Part shown: one piece after another, positions 50,321-63,105 of the stretch
How positions within the stretch are numbered: position 1 is the first letter of the stretch
Layout: each line of letters starts with the position of its first letter
Assembly (NCBI RefSeq): GCF_963506605.1
Contig: NC_083276.1
Location: 69,440,001-69,504,000 of the forward strand
DNA length: 64,000 nucleotides
Direction: 5' to 3'
Source: Zootoca vivipara
Lineage: Eukaryota
Made by a program: the position numbers and the translations under genes
Notes under the pieces: generated by a model
Told to the model about the DNA's origin: nothing
Database searches by the model: none
Seen by the model: only the letters and a program-made list of their open reading frames with translations

Positions 50321-51243
50321 CTTTAATGGGATCTAGAGATTACCTTTTCAATTGCTGGGGGGGGGGGAGGCGGTAATCTAACTTCTTCCTATTTATAGTG
50401 CCTTAGATCCATATTAATGCCAGTGAACATTGACAGAAGGAAAGCACACATATGCTGAAGAGACCAATCTCTGCCCATCCGCTGGAAGCATTTGCATTCA
50501 CAATAGGCATCTGAGTAGAGGGTATCACATGCTTGGGCACAATGCACATTTGCTCACATCTGTCTTTCAGAGACATCCTGGTTTTTAAACAAAATAGATT
50601 AGACTGCATCTGCTTTCACGTTGCATTGTAGACGCAGTTTATTGGCTTCCTTTCTCCAGTGCCTGCCTGCTATCACTGGCAGACTTTTCCTTTGTCGGAA
50701 CTGCTGTGTTCTCTGAAATGCTGTAATTGTTTGAACACGGCATTAGAAGCTGAAGCTGAATAAGAAGCTGCTTGCACACTCCAGTTCTTGCGGCATGGAG
50801 AGATGCCTTTTTATGTCTCAACATGTCTGCCAATCTCCCTCTCACAAGAGCCATAAAGAACAATGAAACCCACCCTGTCCTCTAAAGAAACCACAAAAGG
50901 AAATTGTTGTTTTGTTTCTTATGTTTTTATAATAAGAAGAGGTGTAAAGAACAAAGCCCAAAGCAAAAATATTGCAGTGGTTTCATTTTTAAAAGTCCTT
51001 AGCTACATTCATATTGAAAGTGAGAGAAAGAGAAAGAGACTTGAGAAGAGGAGGTGATGGGAACCAGTTCTGAATGAATGGTTGGGGTTTTGGATTGTAT
51101 TATGTACTATCCATAAAAGTTGTGTCTTCTGCTTCAGTGGTGATGGACTCTCCTTCATTGAAGGTTTTCAAACAGAGGTTGGATGGCCATCTGTCAGGGA
51201 TTCTTTAGCAGCGATACCTGAATTAGAGGGGCTTGCACTAGAT

Positions 51244-51430
51244 CAGGCACGTCCAAAGTCCGTTTGGGGGGCCTAATCCAGTCCCTGTGGCAGTTTATTT
51301 ATTGTGGTCAAATCACTCAACAACTTCAATTCTAAAAAAAAAGCTCAACAACTTTGGTCAGCCCTCACGCATCTTGCCTTCTTCACTTCATCAAATCTGG
51401 CCCTCTTTGAAAACAGTTTGGGCACCCCTG
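51244..51430. mobile_element. hAT MITE inserted in a CR1 3' end
   Basis: TSD CACTAGAT at 51236-51243 and 51431-51438; CR1-like sequence is continuous across it (~51139-51478). Confidence 0.85.
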
Positions 51431-52351
51431 CACTAGATGATCCTTGGGCTCCTCTCCAACTCTACTGTGCTATGATTCGAGAAAACAAAACAATGAAGGC
51501 TTGCTCTAAAATGCCAGATGATCCTTCAGTTCAATAGACAATATCAGGGAGTGTTAAGTAAATCAATATGCCCCATCTTCTTTCCTCTTTAATTATATAG
51601 CTCCATTTTTTTGGCAATGAATGGCAGCCTAACCTGTGCTAAAAGAGCAGGATGAGTTGGCAATATCCATCATCAACACATGAACAGTCCATCGTGTGCA
51701 TCAATTCTCTGTGCACAGTTGAGCATGGAAGGTCACTTCTCTTCACCAGGTATGTAAGATAACGTGTGACATGAGAGCTTCCTGTGTACATTTGTAGGTG
51801 CCAAAGTCTAATTACGAGCATAAAAAGAGCCTGTCTAGTCCAGCATCCCATTCTCACAGTGGCCAACCAGATGCCTATGGGGAGCCTGCAAGCAGGACCT
51901 CAGTACCAACAACAACACATTCCCCATTCTTGATTTATAAGGACATAGCCTTTGTTATGCCTTAATTCTTCCCCTCAAAATATTTGAAGAGTTCTACAAT
52001 CCAAGCTCACTTTATTATACACAAAATGCTTGACTCTCAGGGAAAGGACCCCTCTTTTAGACACATTCCACTTGGGCCGATATCTTGGTATTCTTATCTG
52101 TTTCCCCAGACTTACTAAGAGGATGTTTACTGGTTGCCGAGTCATCGTGCCCCTTGCTTACCAGTTCTCATGGGAGTGAAGTCTAAACATTGTGCACGAA
52201 GCCCTTGAAAGTAAGAACCCCATGGTGTAGTGAGGTGCAATGAGTCATTCCATTTTAAAACAGAAGCTGCTTCTTTGTCCTTTGCATTGGTGCGTATTTA
52301 CCAAAAATAGAACATCACTCATGCAAGATCTCTGCCCAATTTGTGGCAATG

Positions 52352-52352
<1 letters not shown>

Positions 52353-52397
<45 letters not shown>
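52353..52397. repeat. (CA)n microsatellite
   Basis: Pure CA run (source of the THTH/CVCV ORFs). Confidence 0.98.
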
Positions 52398-52401
<4 letters not shown>

Positions 52402-53112
52402 ACAAAGCCTGTTGCGCCCCCACCCCATTCCACCTCCTGTTTGGAGTCAAAAACAATGTGTGCATCAATTGAACATGCACAAAATGGTCTCTGCCTACAA
52501 TAGATCATCTTAATGGGCTTCAGGATTTAAGACAGTGGCAGAGTTTAGCCATAAAGATTTGGCAGTTTAAAAAAAACCCCACACCTATTTATGGATTGTT
52601 TGCTATTCAAGGAGTGCCATTAGGAAGCAAAATCAGATGTGTGATCTGAGCCCAGATTATGTTTTTGCTTTTGGAATGGTAATGCAGACTGAGCGCTAGC
52701 ACTATGACAAGGTGACAAGAAGTTACTGGCAAGCACACTGATTGCATTAACAATGTTAGATCATAGGCTTGATAGATTCTGAAATTGTGTTTTAGCATCT
52801 GCAGGCGGTAGGGTGGGAGTGATATAAAAATCTTGTGAGGTGCCATAGAATGCAAATTGTCTCTGGTTGCAGATGAGATCAATGAATATAAAGACCCCCT
52901 GCTAGATTAGGCCAAAGGCTCATCAAGTCCAGCTTCCTGTTCTCACAGTGGCCAAACAGATGCCAATAGGAAGTGCAGATATACTGTAGGACCTGAATGT
53001 GTGCTGAATAATTGCATACTGTACTGAATTGTATGGTCCCAGTGCACATATGGGGCTCCATGAGACACCATCTCCTCAACTTTGGTGGGATAAACTTTAC
53101 TTGGAAGCCTTA

Positions 53113-53711
53113 AGATAGAGAGATACTTTATTGTCATTGTACATAGTACAACGAAATTGAATGCCATCCCATAAAAACATAACAAAAACACAATTACAGC
53201 CACACACACACACATACACACACATCATAACTCCCCAAGATCATATTATTTAATTACAGCATTTAAGATGGCTATAGCTCTTAAATAGAAACTGTTTTTT
53301 AATCTATTCATTCTTGATTTAATTGTTCTGTATCTCTTGCCCGAAGGCAACGGTGCAAAAAGACTATATCCAGGATGAGATGAATCCTGTAAAATATTTG
53401 CTTTTTTAAGGCAATGGGAACTGTATAGTTCTTCCAGAGATGGGAGAGGATGACCGATAATCATTCAGGCTGTGGTTATGACCTTCTGGAGCACTTTCCT
53501 ATCCATAACTGTGCAGCTGGAAAACCACGCACAGATACAGTACTGTATGTAAGAATGCTCTCTATGGAGCCTCGGTAGAAGAACACCAGCAGTCTCTCAC
53601 TCAGCTTGTTCTTTTTTAAAAGTCTGAGGAAATACATTCTCTTCTTTACCAGAGCAGTGGTATTAGCGCTCTAGGTCATACCCTGCTCGATGGCAACACT
53701 CAAGAACTTAA
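53113..53711 (-). mobile_element. Rex1/Babar-clade LINE 3' fragment
   Basis: ORF 53246..53464(-) IIGHPLPSLEELY..DSSHPG..LF.PLPSGKRYR..RLKNSFY..AI is typical of the Rex-Babar C-terminus; the 3' end has caatgacaataaa and a (TCTA/TC) tail. Confidence 0.8.
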
Positions 53712-53910
53712 ATACAGCCACCCTCTCCACCCGGTCCCCGCCAATATACAGGGGTTGAATGTCCACCATGTATGTGTTTTGGGCATCTCTCAGGCTGCTT
53801 TGGGGTTGGATCTGCATGTTCACTAGGTAGTATCGAGTAATTATTTCTTCTTTCTGTGTGCCTCATGCCTTCCCTTTGGTACATAAAAATAATACACAAG
53901 TATATGCAAA

Positions 53911-54252
53911 GGTGGCGCTGTGGGTTAAACCACAGAGCCTAGGGCTTGCCGATCAGAAGGTTGGCGGTTCAAATCCCTGCGACGGGGTGAGCTCCCATTG
54001 CTTGGTCCCAGCTCCTGCCAACCTAGCAGTTCCAAAGCACGTCAAAATGCAAGTAGATAAATAGGAATCGCTCCGGCGGGAAGGTAAATGGCGTTTCCGT
54101 GTGCTGCTCTGGTTCGCCAGAAGCAGCTTTGTCATGCTGGCCACATTACTTGGAAGCTGTACGCCGGCTCCCTCAGCCAATAACACCAGATGAGCGCCGC
54201 AACCCCAGAGTTGGCCACAACTGGACCTAATGGTCAGGGGTCCCTTTACCTT
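53911..54252 (+). mobile_element. Sauria SINE (first of a tandem pair)
   Basis: Lacks the first ~8 nt of the head; flanked by TATATGCAAA. Confidence 0.93.
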
Positions 54253-54262
54253 TATATGCAAA

Positions 54263-54618
54263 GGGACGCGGGTGGCGCTGTGGGTTAAACCACAGAGCCT
54301 AGGGCTTGCCAATCAGAAGGTTAGCAGTTTGAATCTCTGCGATGGGGTGAGCTCCTGTTGCTCGGTCCCAGCTCCTGCCAACCTAGCAGTTCCAAAGCAC
54401 GTCAAAGTGCAAGTAGATAAATAGGTACCGCTACAGTAGGAAGGTAAACAGTGTTTCCATGTGCTGCTCTGGTCCGCCAGAAGCAGCTTTGTCATGCTGG
54501 CCACATGACCTGGAAGCTGTACGCCAGCTCCCTCGGCCAATAACACCAGATGAGCGCCGCAACCCCAGAGTCGGTCATGACTGGACCTAGTGGTCAGGGG
54601 TCCCTTTACCTTTACCTT
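54263..54618 (+). mobile_element. Sauria SINE (second of a tandem pair)
   Basis: Full head gggacgcgggtggcgc; flanked by TATATGCAAA. Confidence 0.93.
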
Positions 54619-56696
54619 TATATGCAAAGTTAGTGTCAACTTTAATGTTACAGCTGCCATGGGACCCTCCAGACAGAGTCTTTGCATGATGGGTCTTACT
54701 GAACTTCTGGAAGTCTTCTAGAAGAGTGACTTGGATTTAGCTTTTAGTACCATTGTGCAAGGCTTGCTGTCTGCACAGGTAATACTCAGCATTGTAGAAG
54801 CAACAGTTAAGAACTGGAAAGATCCCAGTGGGATGTGCCTGGCTTCTGACACAGTTACGTTAGGCGTGCAGAACATGCAGCCACCCATATGTTGCTAGAT
54901 TACAACTCCCATAATCCCTTGCCACTGGGGGTGGGTGGGAGCTGCATTGGAAGGCCTACTAGTTTCCCATCTGTGCCATATGTGGAGAAGCTGTCCCTGG
55001 GCAGATCCTTAGCAAGGGCATGATGGGACATCTATTATCCCTCTTGGACGAACAGATGCAGATGGAGATGTTAAATTTATGGGCATAGCAGAGCCCACTC
55101 TGGCAGCAAACTGACCACCATGTGGATTGCCCATCAGAGGGGAAATCTCTAGATCAGCACCAGTTGGAGATGTGTAGAGACTTTCCATCAGGGTGACCTT
55201 TGTACAATGAGCAGTTCCTAGGTGATGATGGACATGATAGCCACCCAAAAAAATGGAGCCACATGTTGGTGTGGCAACTTTAACCATATCAGTGACACCA
55301 ACCTGAAACAAATTCAGAAGTGCTACAGGTATATACAATGTTGCTGTTGTTGTGTCTGGTTCTAGTGTGGCTCATTCTTGAAACCAATGGTATAAATGGG
55401 AGACCTCGCTACCTAGGTATGCTTTTTATTGTAAAGGTCACACTAATTACCACCTTAGAGAGAAAGTATCACTTAATCTGAACACGCCGCATGAGCACCT
55501 CAGATTTCTGCATCCATATGCTCATTGTAACTTGTACCAAAAGAAAAAGTATGAGCAACCGTTCCTGAATGCCACTGTCTTGGTTTGGCTCCAATGACTT
55601 TTAATATTTGTACATTTTGGAAAATTAATTTAATGACTGTGGCATTTTAAGGGCTCTTACGAACAGCAAACTGAAAAAATGCTTGCACATCATTCATAGA
55701 AAATCATTTCAAACTGTGCCCAACAGCTATAATTGCACTGTTATTCAGATTGTTCAATATGTTCGAGCAATCAGACAGAATCTTTCCTTACTGTTCTGGC
55801 AAGTCAGCATTTTAGGGGGGGGGGGAATCCATAATGAGCAAGTCATGAACATCAGCCCTACTAAAAAGGGGTGGGCATCCAATAATGTGCTGTAAAAAGA
55901 AGAGAGGGTATGAAACTAGATTATATAATGCAATTAAGAGAGATCTAACATTTGAATTGTGGCAGAGGTGGTGAAAAATGCCCTTTATCTATTCATAATT
56001 ATTATACCATCTCTTATTTTGCACATTCTTGGTAATGAACAGACATTAAGAAAAACACAGGATGGCATGAAGTCAGGGAATTTTTCAAGTACAGTAGGTT
56101 AATCATTCGAAACAGACAGTAATGTAGCAAGCTGCTGTATACAGAGTCAGACTGCTGCTTTATCAGTATTGTCTACTCTGACATTGGCTGGCCCTGATTC
56201 AGAGAGAAGTCTTTGCCAGTCCTACCTGGAGATGTTGAGAATTGAACCATGGACCATTTGCAAGCAAAGAATGCATTCTACCCCAGAGCAATGGCCTGCT
56301 TTGTGGACACCTAAATCTTGAAAGCCATTCAGCTCTGACAATCAATGAACTTCAAGCAAACATTTATGCCTGCAGACATTTATGCCTGCAATCTAGGAAA
56401 TCCTAAAAAAATTATGCTTACAAATGACTTTTAGTAAACTTCTGACTTTGGAGCCTGAAGTGTGAAACAAAGTGTCTTGACACATACCCTATATAAACTG
56501 AAACAATTCATACCAATCTTGGTGGCAGCTGCAATTGTAAATGCCCAAGGGGGGGGATGAAGCAGAAATGGATCACATGGTATGTCTGAGAAATGTAATT
56601 CCATTAGCTCCTACACACAGCACCAACTACCTTCCATTAAACAAGGAAGTGGGAAGAAATGCAACTGCAATGCTTTTTAGGTGATGTAGTGTGTGA

Positions 56697-57159
56697 TGTA
56701 GTATAGTTAAAGCTATGGTTTTCCGAGTAGTGATGTATGGAAGTGAGAGCTGGACCATAAAGAAGGCTGATCGCCGAAGAATTGATGCTTTTGAATTATG
56801 GTGCTGGAGGAGACACTTGAGAGTCCCATGGACTGCTAGAAGATCAAACCTATCCATTCTGAAGGAAATCAGCCCTGAGTGCTCCCTGGAAGGACAGATC
56901 GTGAAGCTGAGGCTCCAATACTTTGGCCACCTCATGAGAAGAGAAGAATCCTTGGAAAAGACCCTGATGTTGGGAAAGATTGAGGGCACTAGGAGAAGGG
57001 GACGACAGAGGACGAGATGGTTGGACAGTGTTCTCGAAGCTACGAACATGAGTTTGACCAAACTGTGGGAGGCAGTGGAAGACAGGAGTGCCTGGCGTGC
57101 TCTGGTCCATGGGGTCATGAAGAGTCGGACACGACTAAACGACTAAACAACACAACAAC
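56697..57159 (+). mobile_element. BovB LINE, 5'-truncated
   Basis: ORF 56715..57146 is the BovB C-terminus. CAA-type tail; TSD AGTGTGTGA at 56688-56696 and 57160-57168. Confidence 0.95.
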
Positions 57160-57401
57160 AGTGTGTGAGGCAAAATCTACGCAGGCCTCGCATGTTTCAT
57201 TTGGGAATGTGGCTGATATGGAATAAACAACCTCAGAAAGGGTTATCAATGTGTGGAGAACACAACTTAGTGAAACCTGAATATAGACACCCACCACCTG
57301 AGAAAAATATGAACCCCAAAATACCAATATTACCTTCTTGTGCAAGGATGGGAGTCTAATTAAGTTATAAATGAAGGAAACCCAGATGGCTTATACGATT
57401 A

Positions 57402-57920
57402 CAGTGGTACCTTGGTTTAAGAACAGCTTGGTTTATTAACAACTTGGATTAAGAACACGGCAAACCCGGAAGTAGGTGTTTTGGTTTGTGAACTTTGCCT
57501 TGGAAGCAGAACATGTTCCGCTTCCTGTTGAGTGTAAATTGAGTCCCCTGCTGCTAGATTGGCCTCAACTAGAGTCAGGGCCTTTTCAGTATTGGCCCTG
57601 ACTTGGTGGAATGCTCTCTCACAGGAGAGCAGGGCCCTGCGGGATTTGACATCTTTCCACAGGGCCTGCAAGATGGAGCTCTTCCGCCTGGCCTTTGGGC
57701 TGGACTCAGTCTGACCACTATATTTTTCCTCCCTTATGGTTTTGATTTGGGCCATTCTAAAATGAGGCTGCATTTTTTTAAAAAAATAATAAATCTGGAT
57801 TGTATTTTAACCCACATTTTAATTGATTGTTTTTCTTTCTTTTACGTTTTGTTGTGATCTTGTTGATGTCAGCCGCCCTGAGCCCAGCTCTCGCTGGGGA
57901 GGGTGGGGTATAAATAAAAA

Positions 57921-57965
<45 letters not shown>

Positions 57966-58050
57966 GGGAAAGCACGTCTTGGTTTAAGAATGCTTTGGTT
58001 TAAGAACGGATTTCCGGAACAGATTAAGTTCGTAAACCAAGGTACCACTG
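57402..58050. mobile_element. pogo/Tigger-like MITE interrupted by an L2-like 3' end
   Basis: TIRs CAGTGGTACCTTGGTTTA..TAAACCAAGGTACCACTG, TA TSD. Confidence 0.9.
57556..57965 (+). mobile_element. L2-like LINE 3' end with (ATT)n tail
   Basis: agggccttttcagt..tggtggaatgctct (RAFS..WNAL) motif, gccgccctgagccc..ggtataaataaa terminus and (ATT)n at ~57921-57965. Confidence 0.75.
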
Positions 58051-59135
58051 TATACAATTCAGAAAATGAGTCAGTTTTTTTTCAGCCCTGCTCATTGTTC
58101 AGATTACATTGGCTTTGTTTTGGACAAAGGAAATATGTTGGAAAGGTTATTACATTGTTGGTATGAAGAATCACGAAACTGTCCATCAAGTGTAGCCAGT
58201 CAGTAAACTAAAGCAGAGATGCCTTGACTTCTCAAATATTAGGGCAACTTGTTCATTTACTAAATGTGTCCAATTATGCCTCCCCCCTTTAATAAGCCAA
58301 ATGAATGAAGCTTCCTTTTCATTCCATTTTAATCATGTGCCCATCACCTCCAGAGGGGCAAACCCCCTGAGCCCTGTAATATTTTCAGGTAGAGCAATGA
58401 ATTGAATCATATCGTTTTGACGCCATGTCAAATGAAATTGACATGGTGATTCAGATAACAGCCTGCTTCTGGTGAAAGAATTAAAGGGAAAACCATTGTG
58501 TGTTCTAGGGGTGTGCATGGCCTCATAATTCTCCCTTTATCTCTGTGCATATTTTAAGACAGGCAGCAACCATTTTGCATAGGGGAGGTTCTGTTCCTGA
58601 CCCCCCATGCACATTGGCGGAGTGTGCATAAACCTGCCCCGCCCTGTTTGGCCACTTCCAGGTCGGCAGTGATGAGCATGTACACAACTGCACGTCAGTT
58701 GACTGTGCGCTAAATGTTTGCTGCCTGTATTCTGATCTGAGTTGCTGTGTGAGCTCTCTGCCCTTTGATCTGTGCTCCAGGTTCCAAGTTACTCTGCATA
58801 AAGTGCACTATAATGGGCAATCAAAAAACAGCCAGATTAAGCCACATTGCAAGCATCTTAGTTTCCCCAAAATGCCCCAGGAACTCTCCTAGCCAGTTAG
58901 TCCCGTCTCAATGAGATCAATACGAAGGTGGAATGAAAAGCTGCCCCCACATTACTTACCCTTCCAGTTCCCCTAGTCCCCACACCATACTATGCAGGTA
59001 TCGTATAAACCAAAGCACATGTATATATTCTTCCCTTGACCCCCTATGTCTCCATTCCTGCACTTCCTTTGTTGTTTCCCTGTGTCTTACTATAAGCCAT
59101 TGGGGTCAGGACCTGCCATACTTCTTCATTGTTAA

Positions 59136-59397
59136 AGGTAAAGGGGACCCTGACCATCAGGTCCAGTCGTGCCCGACTCTGGGGTTGCGGCGCTCATCTC
59201 GCTCTATAGGCTGAGGGAGCCGGCGTTTGTCCGCAGACAGCTTCCGGGTCATGCACACGGAAACGCCGTTTACCTTCCCGCCGGAGCGGTCCCTATTTAT
59301 CTACTTGCACTTTGATGTGCTTTCAAACTGCTAGGTGGGCAGGAGCTGGGACCGAGCAACGGGAGCTCACCCCGTTGCAGGGATTCGAACCGCCATC
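59136..59397 (-). mobile_element. Sauria SINE, 5'-truncated with internal deletion, variant subfamily
   Basis: TSD CTTCATTGTTAA at 59124-59135 and 59398-59409. Carries a gtttgtccgcagac variant absent from the other copies. Confidence 0.9.
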
Positions 59398-60084
59398 CTT
59401 CATTGTTAAGTGGCACATATATAGAGGGCGCTATACAGTATAAATAAATCATCTCGGGGAAGGATGGCAAGCTGAAAGGAATTCTTTTCCCAGATTACTT
59501 CACCCCCATTTAATCACTGGCTATCCATTTTATCTTATAATTAAATTGCAACAGTTAAATTTGCAATACCAAATTTGCAACTTTTTAAATAAAAATAAAT
59601 AAACAGCAGCACCTATTTTCATTGCATCCAGCCGACTGGCTGGAGAAAGATCACTGGCTTTTAAAAACATTAAGTATGTTCCTACAAGTACTTCTTTAAT
59701 TAAGCAATAATGAACTGTCCTGAAGATTAATGGCTGTCTGGGGGGACCAGCTGACTCAAGACAGCTCATTACCACACTCAAGATGCCCTGCAGGAAGAAT
59801 TTTGGTTTTTGTATTTGCATATTTCTAAAAATTCAAACCTGTTTCTGAGTTGCTCTGCACTCTCTCCTGCATTCTCTGTGTTTCAGGCTCCAAGCGTCTT
59901 TGTTTAAAACAAACTTTCGTATTTCCTAGTTATAATTTTCAGCCCTTTGACCAAAGCAAATTAAATTTACAAGCACAGGAGTACCCCCAAGTGGATTAAG
60001 CTTGCAAAATGGCAGACAAACAGAACCAGGGGCTTTTTGTTGGGGAAGGAAAGGGGATTGCTTCCCCATATAATCCTTACTTGT

Positions 60085-60166
60085 GCTCACCCCATTGCAC
60101 TGATTCAAACTGCCGACCTTCTGATCAGCAAGCCCTAGACTCTGTGGTTTAACCCACAACGCCACC
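60085..60166 (-). mobile_element. Sauria SINE head fragment
   Basis: Matches the first ~85 nt of the family; abuts a CR1-like 3' fragment. Confidence 0.8.
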
Positions 60167-60167
60167 T

Positions 60168-60303
60168 GGACAGACAAAAAAAAATCACTTCTCCACACAG
60201 CACGTGTTTAAACTATGGAATTCACTCCCACAAGAGGCAGGGATGGCCACCAACTTAGTTTACTTTAAAAAGAGGGTTAGACAAATTCAGGGAGGATAAG
60301 GCT
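60168..60303 (+). mobile_element. CR1 LINE 3' remnant
   Basis: cttctccacacagc..ctatggaattcactcccacaagag..tttaaaagagggttagacaaattc. Confidence 0.7.
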
Positions 60304-61030
60304 GATCTCACAACACCATGTAAAACTAGTTATGGTCTGACTGAGTAGACTGAGATGCTCCTCACCAATGGGTTGCCAATAAGCACACATGTACCTGCAA
60401 TGTCCTTCACTGGTGCCCACAAGTTCCTCCCGTTGCTGAAATTAGGCTTGGGAAAGTTAACTCTTGGCTCCCCAGCAACACTCACAGGAAGATCACCCCC
60501 AAATTAGGTTGGGGGAAAGCAAAAAAAGAAATCTAACATTTTTTTCCAGGTGAGCGTGCATGTGTTCCTCCTGAACCCCTGGCCTACCTGGCAGCAAGTT
60601 GGTTTGCCAAGTCCCCAGTCCAAATTCCAACCTGAAGAACAGTCCCACAGAGATCCTGGAGCATCCTTCAACATGGGCAGCTGAGCAGACACAGCGCCTC
60701 AGCTCTGCTTCCCTTTTATACTTTGCATGCTGACTGCAGCACCTGGGCTTGATGAGTCATGTGACCCTCACCTGCTCCAAGCCTACACCAGCTGAGGAAT
60801 CACATAACTAGTGAGCCCCACCTGGCCAGCGAGGGAGCTGGGCTATGGGCCCTTGTCTGCCTCAGCCTCCTAGGGCACCACTCCCGCTGCTCCCTATGCC
60901 TCATCATGTTCATGGAGACAGGGGCCCCTCTGGCTCTGGTGATGGGTCCTGCTGCTCCAGTTCCTGTGTACTGACCCCCCCATCCCTCTGTCACCCTGTG
61001 ACTACTTCCTACACCAACCTGGCCAGTGTG

Positions 61031-61300
61031 GGAGAGCCAGTGTGGTGTAGTGGTTAAGAGCGGTAGACTCGTAATCTGGGTTAAGAGCGGTAGACTCGTA
61101 ATCTGGGAAACCGGGTTCGCATCTCCGCTCCTCCACATGCAGCTGCTGGGTGACCTTGGGCTAGTCACACTTCTTTGAAGTCTCTCAGCCCCACTCACCT
61201 CACAGAGTGTTTGTTGTGGGGGAGGAGGGGAAAGGAGAATGTTAGCCGCTTTGAGACTCCTTCGGGTTGTGATAAAGCAGGATATCAAATCCAAACTCCT
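61031..61300 (+). mobile_element. Squam3-type tRNA-derived SINE
   Basis: gagagccagtgtggtgtagtggttaagagc head with box A/B-like motifs, gggtgaccttgggctagtcac core, gccgctttgagactcc..gatatcaaatccaaactc tail. Confidence 0.8.
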
Positions 61301-61310
61301 CTCCTCCACT

Positions 61311-61509
61311 CAGGGCCGTCTTGAGAAGATCGCGCGCCCTGGTGCTGAGGGGCGGAGATCGCTTCACCGCCCGCCCCGCCCTCACAGGGCGCAATTGGTT
61401 TTCGGGCGGCTTCGCCGCGCGGCGCCCTCCTTGCCAGGCCGGCGCCCACCTTACCAGCCCCCCGCCGTGGTGCACTGCGCCACCGGGGGTCTATGTAGAG
61501 CCGGCCCTG
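61311..61509. mobile_element. GC-rich hAT (Tip100-like) MITE
   Basis: Termini CAGGGCCG..CGGCCCTG; 8-bp TSD CCTCCACT at 61303-61310 and 61510-61517. Confidence 0.88.
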
Positions 61510-62949
61510 CCTCCACTCCTCCAACCTCTTCTTCCCCATCCCCAGCTTGCTCCAGTGTGTCCCAGTTCCAGCTACAGCACTTGCCAGGATCCTCTCCTCC
61601 TCTTCCTCTTCCCCATAGTTCATGACATTGTATGCATGGTTATAGGCTATAGGGCAGACGCGTGTTATTGCTGGATGCCCGCAACAGTTTCTTTGTGCTC
61701 AGAAAGGTTGGCAAACCTTGTGTTAGAAGTCTTACTGCAATTTCAAAACTGATTGTGTATTTTAGGCACATTCCCACATAGCGCTCTAAACCTAACTCAA
61801 AATTAATCCTCCGAGTTGTCAGATAAACCAAGCCCAATCTCAGTCTCTATCTTATCTTTTCAACAAAAAAGGCAAAGAATAAAATAAAATTAGAATGACA
61901 AATGCTATCTGACTTCTAAAAGTCAAATTCCAAGGTGACAGAGTGATATATAAGGAGTTGGCTGTTTTTAAACCCTTACATAGTAAACGAATGTAACCAA
62001 AGCAAGTAAATTCCTCCTAAGGAAAAAAAATGTACTATTTTTCCATGCTTTTGAACAGCGGAATGTGGGGGTTTATTTTATAAAGCTATAATAATAAGCC
62101 AGTTTCAGTGTGCGGCATGAATTTTTAAGCTCGCATTTTGACATTGAAAAGGATAGATAGGAATTTCCCGTCTATCATCATGTTTACATTAATGTTTCTT
62201 CAAATTGGACTACACAGTGTTTCTGCTCCTAATTGAATAGCAAGACAATGGCAATTATTAAATTACCATGTAATTGTTTTGGGTCTACACTGAAATTGGT
62301 GCCTCATTGTCCACCAGAGATGACACACTGAGCACAGGACAGATTGAATTCCAGTATAAGAGGTCTGCCTTGTCCAATTGGTTATGCACATACACTAAAT
62401 TGTTTTTCCACTGCCATTGCTCTTCGTTCAGGGGAGCTAGCAGTGGACTCGCATGGGGCCCCATTGCTAACATGGCACCACCAGCAGCTATGCATTCTGC
62501 ACAACTGCCTTGCTGCCTTCACTGAGGCATCAATGGAAAGGGTATCTGCATCTGTCCAGTCCTGCCTTCCCTCCTCTGGACAGGACTCATCAGGTACCTG
62601 CCTTCCACCTTCTACACTCCTAGCTGTGCACTTCAGTACCGAACTTAAGAGTCAGAGATGTTGCCATATGGATTGGCCCCAACAATATAGCCTATCAACT
62701 GATTGGTGGCTAATGAATCATTGCTGAAGTCCAGGAGGTTGGACAGAGGTCAGTGAAATGATGTCATCAGTCAATGATGTTTCCTCCTTACCATCCCATG
62801 AAACAGTGTATAGCTCCTATAACTTGCTCATTCCAAGGGAATCAAAATCTGCTGGACCAGGATTTCAGACACCTCTGTGTTCACTGTGCCTTGAGCAGAC
62901 AAGTGCTCTGGTGTTTCTGGTCTCACCAACGGCAAGGATTGGTCTATGC

Positions 62950-63085
62950 CAGGCTTCCTCAACCTCAGCCCGCCAGATGTTTTTGGCCTACAACTCCCAT
63001 GATCTCTAGCTGGCAGGACCAGTGGTCAGGGATGCTGGGGATTGTAGTCTCAAAATATCTGGAGGGCCGAGGTTGAGGAAGCCTG
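62950..63085. mobile_element. 136-bp hAT MITE (second TIR type)
   Basis: TIR CAGGCTTCCTCAACCTC; TSD GTCTATGC. Confidence 0.93.
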
Positions 63086-63105
63086 GTCTATGCCCAACAG
63101 TTCTA

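Larger units (their letters stand above)
60400..61627 (-). mobile_element. Possible solo LTR-like element hosting the Squam3 and hAT insertions
   Basis: Minus strand starts TGTCATGA at 61627; TATAAAAGGG near 60710-60719; TGAGTCA at ~60753. No clear 3' end, poly(A) signal or TSD. Confidence 0.3.

Noticed and set aside
55150-55230. LEMCRDF peptide reminiscent of a CCCH zinc finger (possible processed pseudogene)
   Set aside because: Seven-residue similarity followed by a stop or frameshift; insufficient.
61311-61509. Second CpG-island promoter or upstream TUB exon
   Set aside because: Bounded by TIRs and an 8-bp TSD; it is a transposon.
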